DNA of 64,000 nt from Methanocorpusculum sp. Lineage in GTDB: Archaea > Halobacteriota > Methanomicrobia > Methanomicrobiales > Methanocorpusculaceae. Shown here one piece after another: positions 10,221-20,332 of the stretch. The stretch's first letter is position 1, and each line of letters begins with the position of its first letter. The stretch spans positions 1,536 to 65,535 of the forward strand of contig JAZUDC010000040.1 of the NCBI GenBank assembly GCA_045639425.1. Direction: 5' to 3'. The notes under the pieces were generated by a model. It was not told where the DNA came from. It ran no database searches and saw only the letters and a list, made by a program, of their open reading frames with translations. The position numbers were made by a program, and so were the translations under genes.

Positions 10221-10392
10221 TAGTATTGGTTCGCCGGATAAATTAATGCTATCGAAAATTGGTACAATACCCCAGAAACGATTGCATAAATGGACATATT
10301 TGTTAATTTAAGGATGTTGACTGATGGGATGAAACGTACTTGCTTGTGCTAGGTAACGAGTGTATTTCCCCTCGGTAGGAGAACCTAGTAGT

Positions 10393-10760
10393 ATGCGTAA
10401 GATACTCATTGCAGTTCTAAAATGTACCATTCTCGCCGGATGCATCCTAGCTACCGAATGTACAGATCGTCCAGCATCAGCTGATGACACCGCGAATGCC
10501 TCTACCCGGGGATCCACTATAACAAACAAAAAACCGTGGAGAGACGAACACTCATATCCTATGAAAACGGTACCGGATTAAAAACCACCGAGATAACCGG
10601 CAACGATACAGACTACGCTCCTCCACTGGGAACTGTCGGATTCCCGACACTATGTCTGTACATTCACCGGTATCGGTGAGACCGACATCGATACATTCAC
10701 CCTAACTGAAGGAGGGATGTTCACCCCAGAAATATCAAGATCCTTTTGCATGCCCAAGCC
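10393..10760 (+). pseudogene. Remnant of a secreted/lipoprotein gene
   Basis: MRKILIAVLKCTILAGC signal-like N-terminus followed by early stops. Confidence 0.3.
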
Positions 10761-10852
10761 GCCTGAAATTCTCAAAAAAGGCCAGGTTAATTCTTTTTAA
10801 TTTCCATCTTTATATTAATCAATTGATACAAATAATATAACGTGGTTCATAT

Positions 10853-12049
10853 ATGAAACTCGAGAAGGCTTTCATGATTATGGCGGTACTCTTTGCCATC
10901 ACCTTGGCGGGTACCGGATTCGCTGCAGCCGCAGAGGATACCAGAACGTTTACTGACGATTTTGGACGAGAGGTTACCCTTCCAGCAACGGTTGACACCA
11001 TTCTTCCCTCAGGCCCGCTTGCTTTGTCGGTTCTGATTTCTTTCGATCCAGATTATCTTGCCTCCTGCGGCAATGGTTTACCGGCGACGGCCGGAAAATA
11101 TCTGCCGAAACTTTATGCAAAGAATTTGCCGAAGACAGGCAGTCTGCTGACTTCGACCAATACAGTCAATTATGAAGAGGTCATGTCTCTGCACAAACAG
11201 GGGGTAGATGCCTATGTCGATGTTGGCCAGGCAAAAGCAGGAGTGGTAGAAGCCTTGAATGAATTCACCAATACCACCGGTATGGCTTCCATTTTCGTGA
11301 GTCAGAACACTCTGCAGGAGATTCCAGAATCCTATAAAAAATTGGGAGAGATTCTTGGCGACACGAAACGCAGCAATGAACTCTATACCTACATGAAAGG
11401 ATGGATTGACATCATAACCGAGGGTATGAAGAAGGTCGAATCTTCCGGCAAGAAACTCTCCGCTGCGCAAATCACCTCCATCGACGGCAACAATGTCTGT
11501 CTCCTGGGCGGCTACAACGACGACCATTCCTATGGCTATGCGGGTACGGACATCAACACGCTGACCAACAACGTAGTCACCGCCAAATCCACCAAAGGAC
11601 ACGGAGACTCCTACAGTATGGAGGAAGTCCTGAAGAATCTCAGTGAAGCTAATCCAGATGTCATCTTCGTCAATGGGGCGGAAAACCATACCTATTACAA
11701 TGCAGTCATGTCGAATCCGGTGTTTTCCGGCCTTTCAGCGATTAAAAACGGCAAAGTCTACGAAATTCCTGCCGACTGCCCGTATATCTGGACTGCACAG
11801 CCGTTCTCAGGCTGGGGTATTTGCGGTATGATCTGGATGGCGAACATTCTCTATCCTGATGTATTCACCTACAATGTCAAGGACAAGATTCAGGAATTCT
11901 ATAAGGTCATGATCGGCTACGATTTAAGTGACGCGGAGTATGCAAACATTACTGAACATTCCCCCTCGACAGCAACACCGGCACCGGTGTTCGGAAGCAT
12001 TGCAGCACTTGCAGCGGCCGGCATCTTTGCGCTCCACCGCAAACCCTAA
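10853..12049 (+). CDS. Iron/cobalamin-type ABC transporter substrate-binding protein with C-terminal sorting tail
   Basis: Signal peptide, FTDDFGREVTLP, NPDVIF, SAIKNGKVYEIP; C-terminal TPAPVFG-TM-HRK tail. Confidence 0.88.
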   Translation: MKLEKAFMIMAVLFAITLAGTGFAAAAEDTRTFTDDFGREVTLPATVDTILPSGPLALSVLISFDPDYLASCGNGLPATAGKYLPKLYAKNLPKTGSLLTSTNTVNYEEVMSLHKQGVDAYVDVGQAKAGVVEALNEFTNTTGMASIFVSQNTLQEIPESYKKLGEILGDTKRSNELYTYMKGWIDIITEGMKKVESSGKKLSAAQITSIDGNNVCLLGGYNDDHSYGYAGTDINTLTNNVVTAKSTKGHGDSYSMEEVLKNLSEANPDVIFVNGAENHTYYNAVMSNPVFSGLSAIKNGKVYEIPADCPYIWTAQPFSGWGICGMIWMANILYPDVFTYNVKDKIQEFYKVMIGYDLSDAEYANITEHSPSTATPAPVFGSIAALAAAGIFALHRKP

Positions 12050-12096
12050 CCTTTTTTCAGTCCCTTTCCTCTCTTAGAAAATGCTGTATTCTGAAA

Positions 12097-12906
12097 TTAT
12101 TTTGAGTAACCGCCGTTTATTGGGATACAGAGCTTGTGTGTCCCTAGTTCGTCCAAAAAGGTTTCGATGTTGACGTCGACATTGTAGACACGTTTGATTA
12201 ATGCAGCGTCCAGAACGGTATTCGGACTGCCATCGGCAATAACGCTGCCGTCATACATCATGATGACGCGGTTCGCATACAGAAACGCATGATCCGGATT
12301 GTGTGTTGAGATGAGGATGATGTATCCGTTCCGTGCAAGTTCAGTGACTCTACACAAGACACGGAACTGATTGCCGTAATCGAGGTTTGCCGTCGGCTCG
12401 TCCATGATGAGTATTTTCGCATTCTGGACCAAGGCCCGTGCTATCAAGGCAAGCTGGCGTTCACCACCGCTGATTTTACCATATCCTGCCTGTGCCAGGT
12501 GTTCGATACCAAGATTTTTCAATGCATCGTACGCTTTTTCGATGTGTTCCTGTTTCGGGGCTGCCAGGAGTGAGAGCTGCGAGGTCACGCCCATCAGCAC
12601 GACATCCAGGACTTCATAGTTGAATGTTGGATAAGCCGACTGCGGGATATACGCAATCCGTTTGGCGATCTCTTTTCGGGATAAGGTGTTGATATTTTTG
12701 CTGCCCAGCATGATGCTTCCGCCGTAGCTTTTGAAAAAGCCTAAGAGGCATTTGAACATCGTGCTTTTACCGACACCGTTTGGACCGAGGACTGCAATCA
12801 TGTCTCCTTTCTTTGCGGCAAATGATATTCCGTGGAGAATTTCGGGGGTTTTCTTGGAGTATCGATAGGTGATGTTATGGAGGGACAGGGACGTTTCGTC
12901 GGTCAT
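12097..12906 (-). CDS. ABC transporter ATP-binding protein (FecE/BtuD-like)
   Basis: GPNGVGKST, ISGGERQ, MDEPTANLD. Confidence 0.93.
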   Translation of the reverse strand: MTDETSLSLHNITYRYSKKTPEILHGISFAAKKGDMIAVLGPNGVGKSTMFKCLLGFFKSYGGSIMLGSKNINTLSRKEIAKRIAYIPQSAYPTFNYEVLDVVLMGVTSQLSLLAAPKQEHIEKAYDALKNLGIEHLAQAGYGKISGGERQLALIARALVQNAKILIMDEPTANLDYGNQFRVLCRVTELARNGYIILISTHNPDHAFLYANRVIMMYDGSVIADGSPNTVLDAALIKRVYNVDVNIETFLDELGTHKLCIPINGGYSK

Positions 12907-13946
12907 GAGCGTTTACCTCCTGAAATCAGTAGCCAGGCGAATATCGGTGCACCGACGAACGCCGTTAGAATACCTATCAGGATTTCGATTGAGGCAATGT
13001 TACGGGAGAAATCATCGACAAGAATCAAAAAAGCACCCCCCAAAACGATTGCTGCGGGAATGATGCGGCGATAATCATACCCGAAAATCATGCGGCAGAA
13101 ATGTGGGATGACTAGACCAATCCATCCGATCACTCCGGAGATTGATACAGCGACTGCGGTTATCAGGGTGGCGCATATGATGGTTAACAGTCGCAGACGG
13201 TGGGTGTTGACCCCCATGCTCTTTGCTTCATCTTCGCCGAGGGTCAGCACATTCAGCCGCCATCTGACGATGATTAAGGGGATGATGCCGATCGAGATGC
13301 CGATGAATGCGAAAATGACATCGCTCATGTGGATGGATGAGAATCCACCCATCAGCCAGTAGATGATATCCGGCAACTGATTGTTGGTATCGGCAACGAG
13401 TTTGATGTATGAGATACCTGCCGTGAAGAGACTGCCGACCAGGATACCGCAGAGAACCAATGACAATGTTGCATTGCCTTTGGCGAGGCGGCTGGTACCA
13501 TAGGTGACCATTACCGCAATGATTGCGCCGACGAAGGAAAAGACCGTAACCATAATCGGGAACTGGTTAGTGAATATCGCGAATGCCGCACCGAATCCGG
13601 CACCTGCCGATGCACCTAAAATATCTGGTGAGACCAGCGGATTCTGGAACATCCCCTGGTAGGCTGCGCCAGCGGTTGCAAGAGCCGCTCCGACAAGGAA
13701 CGCCGCACATATTCTCGGAAGCCGCACGTTATAGAGTACATTCCAGTCGGTACTGGTCATCTGATCAAACGGGATGATGGTGGAAAAGAGGACGCGGATA
13801 ACCTCGTAAGTGGTAAGATCGAATCTTCCGACATCAAGTGAGATGGAGAAGCAGATTACTGCTAAAAGAATCAGGATAATGGACCGTATCTTATAGTTTG
13901 GTGCTCTCCGGCTGCTTTTGATCAGGTGCGGGGTGGTCCGCGGCAT
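12903..13946 (-). CDS. FecCD/BtuC-family ABC permease
   Basis: VRLPRI, FQNPLVSPDILGASAGA, IGWIGLVIPH, GAPIF. Confidence 0.93.
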   Translation of the reverse strand: MPRTTPHLIKSSRRAPNYKIRSIILILLAVICFSISLDVGRFDLTTYEVIRVLFSTIIPFDQMTSTDWNVLYNVRLPRICAAFLVGAALATAGAAYQGMFQNPLVSPDILGASAGAGFGAAFAIFTNQFPIMVTVFSFVGAIIAVMVTYGTSRLAKGNATLSLVLCGILVGSLFTAGISYIKLVADTNNQLPDIIYWLMGGFSSIHMSDVIFAFIGISIGIIPLIIVRWRLNVLTLGEDEAKSMGVNTHRLRLLTIICATLITAVAVSISGVIGWIGLVIPHFCRMIFGYDYRRIIPAAIVLGGAFLILVDDFSRNIASIEILIGILTAFVGAPIFAWLLISGGKRS

Positions 13947-14126
13947 ATCATATGTATAAGTTGTTCCTGATTATTAAGTAAACGCGGATTCTCAGGGAAG
14001 AGTTAAACAGTTATATTTTACCCTTCACCACTATATCGGGGGAAAGGCGCCCCGTATCCGATATTTGCAGACGACTTGTTGTGCACTTAACTTAAATAGA
14101 TTTGACGCAAATACTCACCATTAACT

Positions 14127-15152
14127 ATGAAGAAGGTTTTGTCAGGTTTACTTATCTTCATTGCTGTTCTGTTCATGTTCTGTAGTGCAGGTGCTGCTGC
14201 CGCCTGGTCCCCAGTCACGGTTACCGATGCAAACGGCGATAACGTTACCATTGCTGAATATCCGACGAAGATCATCTCACTTGCACCTGCCTGCACGGAA
14301 ATCATCTATGCAATTGGAGCAGGCGACCGTGTTGTCGGAGACACCACGTACTGCAACTATCCTGAAGCTGCAAAGAACGTTGAGAAAATCGGTGGCTTTT
14401 CCGAGATCAATCGCGAATCCATCATTGCTCTGAGCGAGGGGCCGACGATTGTATTCGCCAATCCAAACAACGGTGCAGACACTATCGATTATCTGCGTCA
14501 GCAGGGTCTTACGGTCGTCGTCATCAACCCAGAAAGTGTCGATTCAATCTATACCTCCATCGAAACGATAGGCGAAGCGGTCGGCAACAAAACGGAAGCT
14601 GATGCACTGGTCACAAGCATGAAATTTGAGATTACAAGTATCACTGATAAACTTGCCGGAGTCACCAAGAAACCGACGATCATGCACGCAATGAGCGTCG
14701 ACCCGTACTGGGTTTCCGGTTTGAAGACGTTTCAGGATGAATTGTTCCAGCTTGCCGGCGCAACCAACGCTTTTGCTGATGTTGACGGATGGGGGACTGT
14801 TACACTTGAAAAATTATTGGTAACCAACCCGCAGATCATTCTGACCGATACCGGAGCGGATATGGGAACGCCTGGAGATGATACACTTCGCGAGAGTTTC
14901 CTTACCGATTTGCGACTGAAGTCCCTGACTGCTGTCAAGAATAATGATGTCCATGTCATGGATGCTGATATCTTTGACCGCGGAGGGCCGCGCGTGGTTG
15001 AAGTACTTAAAGAAGTGGTGAAGATCACGCATCCGGAAATCTTCGGTGAGGCTGTGGTCAAGCCGACCACGCAGGCTACGCCAGGATTCGGCATTGCTGC
15101 CAGTCTTATCGGAATCCTCGGTACAGTCCATCTCATTGGAAGAAGATTCTAG
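14127..15152 (+). CDS. BtuF-like substrate-binding protein with PGF-CTERM
   Basis: KIISLAPACTEI, VGDTTYCNYP, AVKNNDVH, RGGPRVVE; C-terminal TPGFG-TM-RRF. Confidence 0.88.
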   Translation: MKKVLSGLLIFIAVLFMFCSAGAAAAWSPVTVTDANGDNVTIAEYPTKIISLAPACTEIIYAIGAGDRVVGDTTYCNYPEAAKNVEKIGGFSEINRESIIALSEGPTIVFANPNNGADTIDYLRQQGLTVVVINPESVDSIYTSIETIGEAVGNKTEADALVTSMKFEITSITDKLAGVTKKPTIMHAMSVDPYWVSGLKTFQDELFQLAGATNAFADVDGWGTVTLEKLLVTNPQIILTDTGADMGTPGDDTLRESFLTDLRLKSLTAVKNNDVHVMDADIFDRGGPRVVEVLKEVVKITHPEIFGEAVVKPTTQATPGFGIAASLIGILGTVHLIGRRF

Positions 15153-15179
15153 CCTTTTTTCAGTTGTTCGTAGAGGGGA

Positions 15180-15809
15180 TTATTTTGTTGGTTCTGGTTT
15201 TCCTGCAGTGCCGTGGCGGGTGAAGAAATAGAAGAACGGAGTGTCAGCTATGGCGAAAAGAACCTTGACAAGATACTGGCTTGCAATCATCACGACGATG
15301 GTTATGCCGGAAACTCCCCAGACCAGCACACTTGCAAGCGCGATGAATATCGCGGTATCAACCAGCTGGCTGACAATCGTGGTACAGTTCCGCATCCATT
15401 TCGCCTTGAAATGTTTCTTGACCTTGTGGAAGGCGAAGACATCGAACGACTGGGAACAGATATAGGCTGTAAGTGAGGCGACAACGATGCCCAGCTGAGT
15501 ACCGATGATTGCCGAGAAGGATGCCTGGTCCACGTACGGTGCTGCCGGAAGGGCAATGGCGATATAGGTGAGTCCCAAGGAGATGACCTGGACGATGAAG
15601 CCGACGAGGACGACGAACTGTGCCTCTTTCTTGCCCCAGATTTCACTCACCAGGTCGATGCAGAGGAACGTTATCGGATAGGCGATTACTGCCGCTGGAA
15701 TCTCGATGAATCTGATCTGTACGACCTTTGCAGCAAGAATATTGGATATCACCAACAACCCGACGAAAATACAGGTCACAATGATAAGGTTTCGCTGTGT
15801 TTTATACAT
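15180..15809 (-). CDS. yhhQ: YhhQ/VUT-family queuosine/archaeosine precursor transporter
   Basis: SNILAAK, YPITFL..DLVSEIWG, ASLTAY..SQ.FDV, SQLVDTAIF, ADTPF. Confidence 0.88.
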   Translation of the reverse strand: MYKTQRNLIIVTCIFVGLLVISNILAAKVVQIRFIEIPAAVIAYPITFLCIDLVSEIWGKKEAQFVVLVGFIVQVISLGLTYIAIALPAAPYVDQASFSAIIGTQLGIVVASLTAYICSQSFDVFAFHKVKKHFKAKWMRNCTTIVSQLVDTAIFIALASVLVWGVSGITIVVMIASQYLVKVLFAIADTPFFYFFTRHGTAGKPEPTK

Positions 15810-15871
15810 CTACCCTATCCATTGTAGGTCAAAGAATATATCAAATTCGGCGTGAAATATGGTAAGCAACT

Positions 15872-16438
15872 ATGATACGATTCGCTGTTGTGGGTCACAA
15901 GGCGGTGACGGAACCCGAGTTTTCACTCGACGATATGCCCGGTGCTGCAGGACGCATGGATATTCTCTGCAGATGTATCAACTCCTCCTTTTTCCTTAGC
16001 CATGATATGAGACGCGATGTCGAATGTTTCTTTATTCTGAAAGGTGGAGAACATGAGAAGACACTGGTGTTTTCGGGAGAGACCATCCGCTCACTCAATC
16101 CGGACGAGCGCAGTGCCGGTGCACTTATCAAGAAAGGACTGTCAACAGAGGCAGGAGAATCCTTCAGGAAAGCTGCCGACGGTATCAGCATCCGTGCCAG
16201 CGGTCTCAAGGAACTCTTGGCAGAATATCCCTTTGCAGTTCTTGATGAACGCGGAGCGGATGTCAGGAATGTTTCTGAACTTCCTGAAAATTTCCTCTTA
16301 AGCGACCATATGAACTTCACCAAAGAGGAAGAGACGCTCATCGCGGATCTGCCGAAATATTCCGTGGGGCCGAAGGTTCTGCATGCCGACCATACCATTA
16401 CCGTTTTGTTGAACGAATTCGACAGGAGACGGGCATGA
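15872..16438 (+). CDS. trmY: tRNA (pseudouridine54-N1)-methyltransferase
   Basis: GRMDILCRC, FLSHDMR, LNPDERS, LSDH, LHADH SPOUT motifs; adjacent to pus10. Confidence 0.93.
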   Translation: MIRFAVVGHKAVTEPEFSLDDMPGAAGRMDILCRCINSSFFLSHDMRRDVECFFILKGGEHEKTLVFSGETIRSLNPDERSAGALIKKGLSTEAGESFRKAADGISIRASGLKELLAEYPFAVLDERGADVRNVSELPENFLLSDHMNFTKEEETLIADLPKYSVGPKVLHADHTITVLLNEFDRRRA

Positions 16439-17736
16439 GCGAAGATTTGGAAATTCTGGAAAAGATACATAGAATTCTTGAATACGGGGATATATGCGAC
16501 CATTGTCTGGGCCGGCTGTTTGCCAAGCGGTCGTTCGGTCTGACGAACGAGGCACGCGGACATGCGCTGCGGGTAGTCCACGCGCTTGCTTACAATATTC
16601 CGTTCAAGGAATATGAACACGGAACCTGCTGGATCTGCAACGATCTTTTTGATGAGGTTCGGAACTGGGCGGAGAAAGTGGCGGCAGCGACAGAGGGTAT
16701 TGCACATGAAACGTTTGTCATCGGTACGCGTGTTCCTCCGATGATGACCGAGTCCGAAGAGATGGTCTGGTCTGATATCGGCCTCGAAAATTCTGAACCC
16801 CTGAAATCGGAGATGAACCGTGAGGTTGGCAAGGCAGTCTCGGCCATCAACGGCAAGAAAGGCGACCCGAAGAATCCCGAACTGATTCTCGTTCTGAACA
16901 TCGCCGACGAGGTGGTGGAAACCCAGATAGCTTCCGTCTACTTCTATGGTAGGTATCTGAAACTTGTACGGGGAATTCCGCAGACGCACTGGAACTGTCG
17001 GGCGTGCGGCGGCAAGGGATGTGAGAAATGCAACTTCACCGGCAAGCAGTACCCGACCTCAGTTGAAGAGGAGATTGCGAAAGCACCCATAGACATTTTC
17101 CAGGCGGAAACCGGGGTTCTTCATGGAGCGGGCAGGGAGGATATCGATGCGCTCTGTACCGGTACCGGCCGCCCTTTCGTCATGGAGATAACGAACCCGC
17201 ATATCCGTAAAACAGACCTGAAAGAACTGGAAACCGCGATTAACCGGTCTGCCGGCGGAAATGTCGAGGTCCGGTTGGAATGCTGGTCGGATAAACGCAC
17301 GGTCGAAATGCTTAAGTCACACAAAGGGCATAAAACATACAGGATTTTGGTTTCAGTAGATGACTCTATATCTCATGATGCGGTCGAAAAAGCTGTTTCG
17401 GAGCTAAAAGGGGCTTGGATTAGTCAGCGCACACCAAATCGGGTCGATCATAGAAGAGCTGACTTGGTGCGGAAGCGTCAGGTACAGGATATCCAAATCC
17501 TCGGCAAGGAAAACGGCCTCTACCGCCTTGAGGTGGTGGGCGACAGCGGTCTCTACATAAAAGAACTCATATCAGGAGATGAGGGGCGTACCGTCCCTAG
17601 TCTCACCGAAATCCTCACCTCACCCGCAAAAGTCACAGAATTGGACGTTGTGCAGGTTGAAGGATTACCAAATAATGTAATGGAGCGTAAACAAGATGGT
17701 ACACCACAACGGTATCAAGAAAGGCACCAGATATAA
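16435..17736 (+). CDS. pus10: tRNA pseudouridine(54/55) synthase Pus10
   Basis: CDHCLGRLFA, GRYLKLVRGIPQT, HGAGREDIDA, GLYIKELISGD. Confidence 0.95.
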   Translation: MSEDLEILEKIHRILEYGDICDHCLGRLFAKRSFGLTNEARGHALRVVHALAYNIPFKEYEHGTCWICNDLFDEVRNWAEKVAAATEGIAHETFVIGTRVPPMMTESEEMVWSDIGLENSEPLKSEMNREVGKAVSAINGKKGDPKNPELILVLNIADEVVETQIASVYFYGRYLKLVRGIPQTHWNCRACGGKGCEKCNFTGKQYPTSVEEEIAKAPIDIFQAETGVLHGAGREDIDALCTGTGRPFVMEITNPHIRKTDLKELETAINRSAGGNVEVRLECWSDKRTVEMLKSHKGHKTYRILVSVDDSISHDAVEKAVSELKGAWISQRTPNRVDHRRADLVRKRQVQDIQILGKENGLYRLEVVGDSGLYIKELISGDEGRTVPSLTEILTSPAKVTELDVVQVEGLPNNVMERKQDGTPQRYQERHQI

Positions 17737-17995
17737 GTTACAGAAGACTCTCCGCACCCGCGGCATGCCGAATGTAACCAAGAGCATTCAGCAGTTCGGA
17801 AGGGGACAGAAAGTCCACATCGTCTTAGATGCAAGTGTCCAGAAAGGACAGCCGCACCCGAGATTCCACGGCAAGACCGGAACTATTGTCGGCCAGCGTG
17901 GGAGAGCATGGCTTCTTCAGATTGCAGATGGTGGTATGACCAAGACCGTCATTGCACGCCCGCAGCACCTCAGCGCACAGAAGTTCAAGAACTAA
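17696..17995 (+). CDS. rpl21e: 50S ribosomal protein L21e
   Basis: GQPHPRFHGKTG and RPQHL motifs. Confidence 0.96.
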   Translation: MVHHNGIKKGTRYKLQKTLRTRGMPNVTKSIQQFGRGQKVHIVLDASVQKGQPHPRFHGKTGTIVGQRGRAWLLQIADGGMTKTVIARPQHLSAQKFKN

Positions 17996-18045
17996 ACAAA
18001 CTCCCCCAAATACTTATTTTATTAAAAAAATTTTTGGAGGCTGTG

Positions 18046-18408
18046 ATGAAAGTTAAAAAAATAATTCAGGAAGATATGTTAACCCTTCCAGAAGTCAGGG
18101 AAGAGCTGATTGCTATCCGTGACAAGAGAGGGGACAATGCTGATGGTGCCGACCGGACACTTTCCTACGAACTGCGTAGGAGTATCAATCATGCCGACTC
18201 ACTGGGAAAAGCAAGTATCGACACTGCAAAGAAGCTGATGGCTGAACTGCAGGAAGTTGAGAAGATGACCCCGCAGATTGCAGCACGTATTGTCAATCTC
18301 ATGCCACAGTCTCGTGATGAAATCCGTGCGATCTACGCCAAGGAACGATTCTCGATGCTTCCGGAGGATATTGACCAGATTCTGGACATCCGCAATAAAT
18401 ACGCCTGA
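18046..18408 (+). CDS. rpoF: RNA polymerase subunit F (Rpo4)
   Basis: GGAGG RBS before ATG 18046; LSYELRRSINH, IVNLMPQSRDEIRAIYAKER; conserved rpl21e-rpoF-DUF655-rsmA order. Confidence 0.92.
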   Translation: MKVKKIIQEDMLTLPEVREELIAIRDKRGDNADGADRTLSYELRRSINHADSLGKASIDTAKKLMAELQEVEKMTPQIAARIVNLMPQSRDEIRAIYAKERFSMLPEDIDQILDIRNKYA

Positions 18409-18415
18409 GTGAAAA

Positions 18416-18994
18416 ATGCCCCCGAAAACAGAAAGGAAAGACAAGAAGGAAATCGAGGCTGTCGTTCTCGATTATCTCCAGTGGGGATACGGTGACGACA
18501 AACGCCCTCTTAATCAGCGTGAGCCGGTGATTCTTGCCATTGGTACCGACCAGTTCAAGCTCCTTGAACTGATTGCCAAGAAAGATCGGGCGGTCAATCT
18601 CCATGACACCGTCTATATCGGTGACGGTGAACGCAAGGTTGTCGAGCGTGTCAAGCGCCGGCTGTCCTACACCGACCTGACGCCGACGGCAAAAGGAGAA
18701 CTGGAAAGCGTCGTTGAAGGAATCATTGCGGTTTCTGAACCTCGGTTTGTCGAGTTCTACAACACTGCTGTCCCACTCAGTCTGAAGATGCATATGCTCA
18801 ACCTATTGCCGGGATTCGGCAAGAAGACGCTGACCGATACCCTGACGGAACGTCAGAAGAAACCATTCGAGAGTTTCGCTAACATAAAGGCCCGGGTAAG
18901 GACGCTTCAGAAACCGGAGAAGTTCATTCGTGAACGCATTCTTCTGGAACTTGAGAATCCGAAAGAGAAGTATCACATCTTCACATCCAAGTAA
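18416..18994 (+). CDS. DUF655 family protein
   Basis: VLDYL..G, F.LLEL, HMLNLLPGFGKK, ERQKKPFESF. Confidence 0.9.
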   Translation: MPPKTERKDKKEIEAVVLDYLQWGYGDDKRPLNQREPVILAIGTDQFKLLELIAKKDRAVNLHDTVYIGDGERKVVERVKRRLSYTDLTPTAKGELESVVEGIIAVSEPRFVEFYNTAVPLSLKMHMLNLLPGFGKKTLTDTLTERQKKPFESFANIKARVRTLQKPEKFIRERILLELENPKEKYHIFTSK

Positions 18995-19005
18995 TCATTT
19001 TTTTC

Positions 19006-19785
19006 ATGAAAGCTTTCAAGGATCAGCATTTCCTGATTGATGCTGACGCTGTCTCGATTATTGCGGATGCGATTCCTGTATCAGGCAGAACTGTGCTGGA
19101 GATTGGACCCGGCAACGGAGTGCTTACCCGTGCTCTGCTTGATCGCGGTGCCGTGGTTCATGCGGTCGAACTAGATGCCCATCTGCTGCCGAACCTTGAG
19201 CGAATGTTCGCCGATGAACTTGCCGCAGAAAAACTCACCATCACCATGGGTGATGCATCCAAGGTGACACTTCCCTCGTACAACTTGGTGGTCGCCAACC
19301 TGCCATACTCCATCTCCTCAAAGATAACGTTCCGGCTGCTTGAGGAAAGGTTTGAGAAGGCGGTGCTGATGTACCAGCTCGAGTTCGCGAAACGAATGGC
19401 AGCAAAACCAGGTACAGATGACTATGGCCGGATCTCGGTCACGGTACAGGCGCTTGCGGACGTACAGATGCTGATTGAACTGCCGCCCAACGCATTCTCG
19501 CCGCAGCCGGAGGTATGGTCGGCGGTGGTCATCATAACGCCGCGGCCATCAGCGGTGCCGGTTGCCGAGCGAATCGTCTTCGAGAACCTTGTCCGTGAAC
19601 TCTTTTCGCACCGCAGGAAGACCATCGCAAACGGTCTCAAAAGTCTGGTGCCGTTCTACGGCAAGGAAGCTGTCCGTGCATTCACTGAAAAACTTGGTGC
19701 GGACCTGTTGCAGAAACGGCCGGAAGTCCTGTCGATTTCTGAGTTCATCGAACTTTCCAACATTCTTGCCGAGCATGTACGATAA
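19006..19785 (+). CDS. rsmA: 16S rRNA adenine dimethyltransferase (KsgA/Dim1)
   Basis: DQHFL, LEIGPGNGVLT, VANLPYSISS. Confidence 0.95.
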   Translation: MKAFKDQHFLIDADAVSIIADAIPVSGRTVLEIGPGNGVLTRALLDRGAVVHAVELDAHLLPNLERMFADELAAEKLTITMGDASKVTLPSYNLVVANLPYSISSKITFRLLEERFEKAVLMYQLEFAKRMAAKPGTDDYGRISVTVQALADVQMLIELPPNAFSPQPEVWSAVVIITPRPSAVPVAERIVFENLVRELFSHRRKTIANGLKSLVPFYGKEAVRAFTEKLGADLLQKRPEVLSISEFIELSNILAEHVR

Positions 19786-20332
19786 GTCCCAGATCTATTT
19801 TCCAGCGGAGGATACCTTCCTCCTGCGTGATACAGCGATAGCGGAAGCAGCTGCTGACGACGTCGTTCTGGAAATGGGTACGGGATCCGGCGAGGTTGCG
19901 GCTGCGGTTGCAAAAATCGCATCTCATACGCTTGCCTGCGACATCAATCCCCATGCAGTAGCTTACGTCTGTGAGGTTCACGGTCTGAATGTCGTAGAAA
20001 GCGATATGTTCTCTTCTGTTCCCGGCACTTTTTCTCTGATTCTTTTCAATGCCCCGTATCTACCGACTTCGCCGGGAGAATACCATGATGACTGGCTGGA
20101 GTATGCACTCGACGGCGGCAGTGACGGGAGAAGAACCGTTGCAACGTTTTTGCAGGAAGCTCCGCAGCACTTGAGAGATGGTGGCCGTATCCTTCTGCTG
20201 ATCTCGTCACTCACGGGCTTCGATGAAGTAATCAGCATGGCTGAACAGCAGGGGTGTACTGTAGAGATTGCCGCTTCGGAAAAAGAAGAGGACGGGGAAT
20301 TCCTCTATGTTCTGAAAATAAGGAGGAATTAG
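19775..20332 (+). CDS. HemK2/PrmC-like release factor glutamine methyltransferase
   Basis: YFPAEDTFLL, EMGTGSG, FNAPYLP, DGGSDGR; start reassigned to ATG 19775. Confidence 0.88.
   Translation: MYDKSQIYFPAEDTFLLRDTAIAEAAADDVVLEMGTGSGEVAAAVAKIASHTLACDINPHAVAYVCEVHGLNVVESDMFSSVPGTFSLILFNAPYLPTSPGEYHDDWLEYALDGGSDGRRTVATFLQEAPQHLRDGGRILLLISSLTGFDEVISMAEQQGCTVEIAASEKEEDGEFLYVLKIRRN

Noticed and set aside
9457-10311. 284-aa plus-strand ORF
   Set aside because: Antisense to the DUF362 pseudogene, and it runs across a deletion junction and a hairpin; no protein-like motifs.
15895-16989. 364-aa minus-strand ORF
   Set aside because: Antisense shadow of trmY and pus10; no recognisable motifs.
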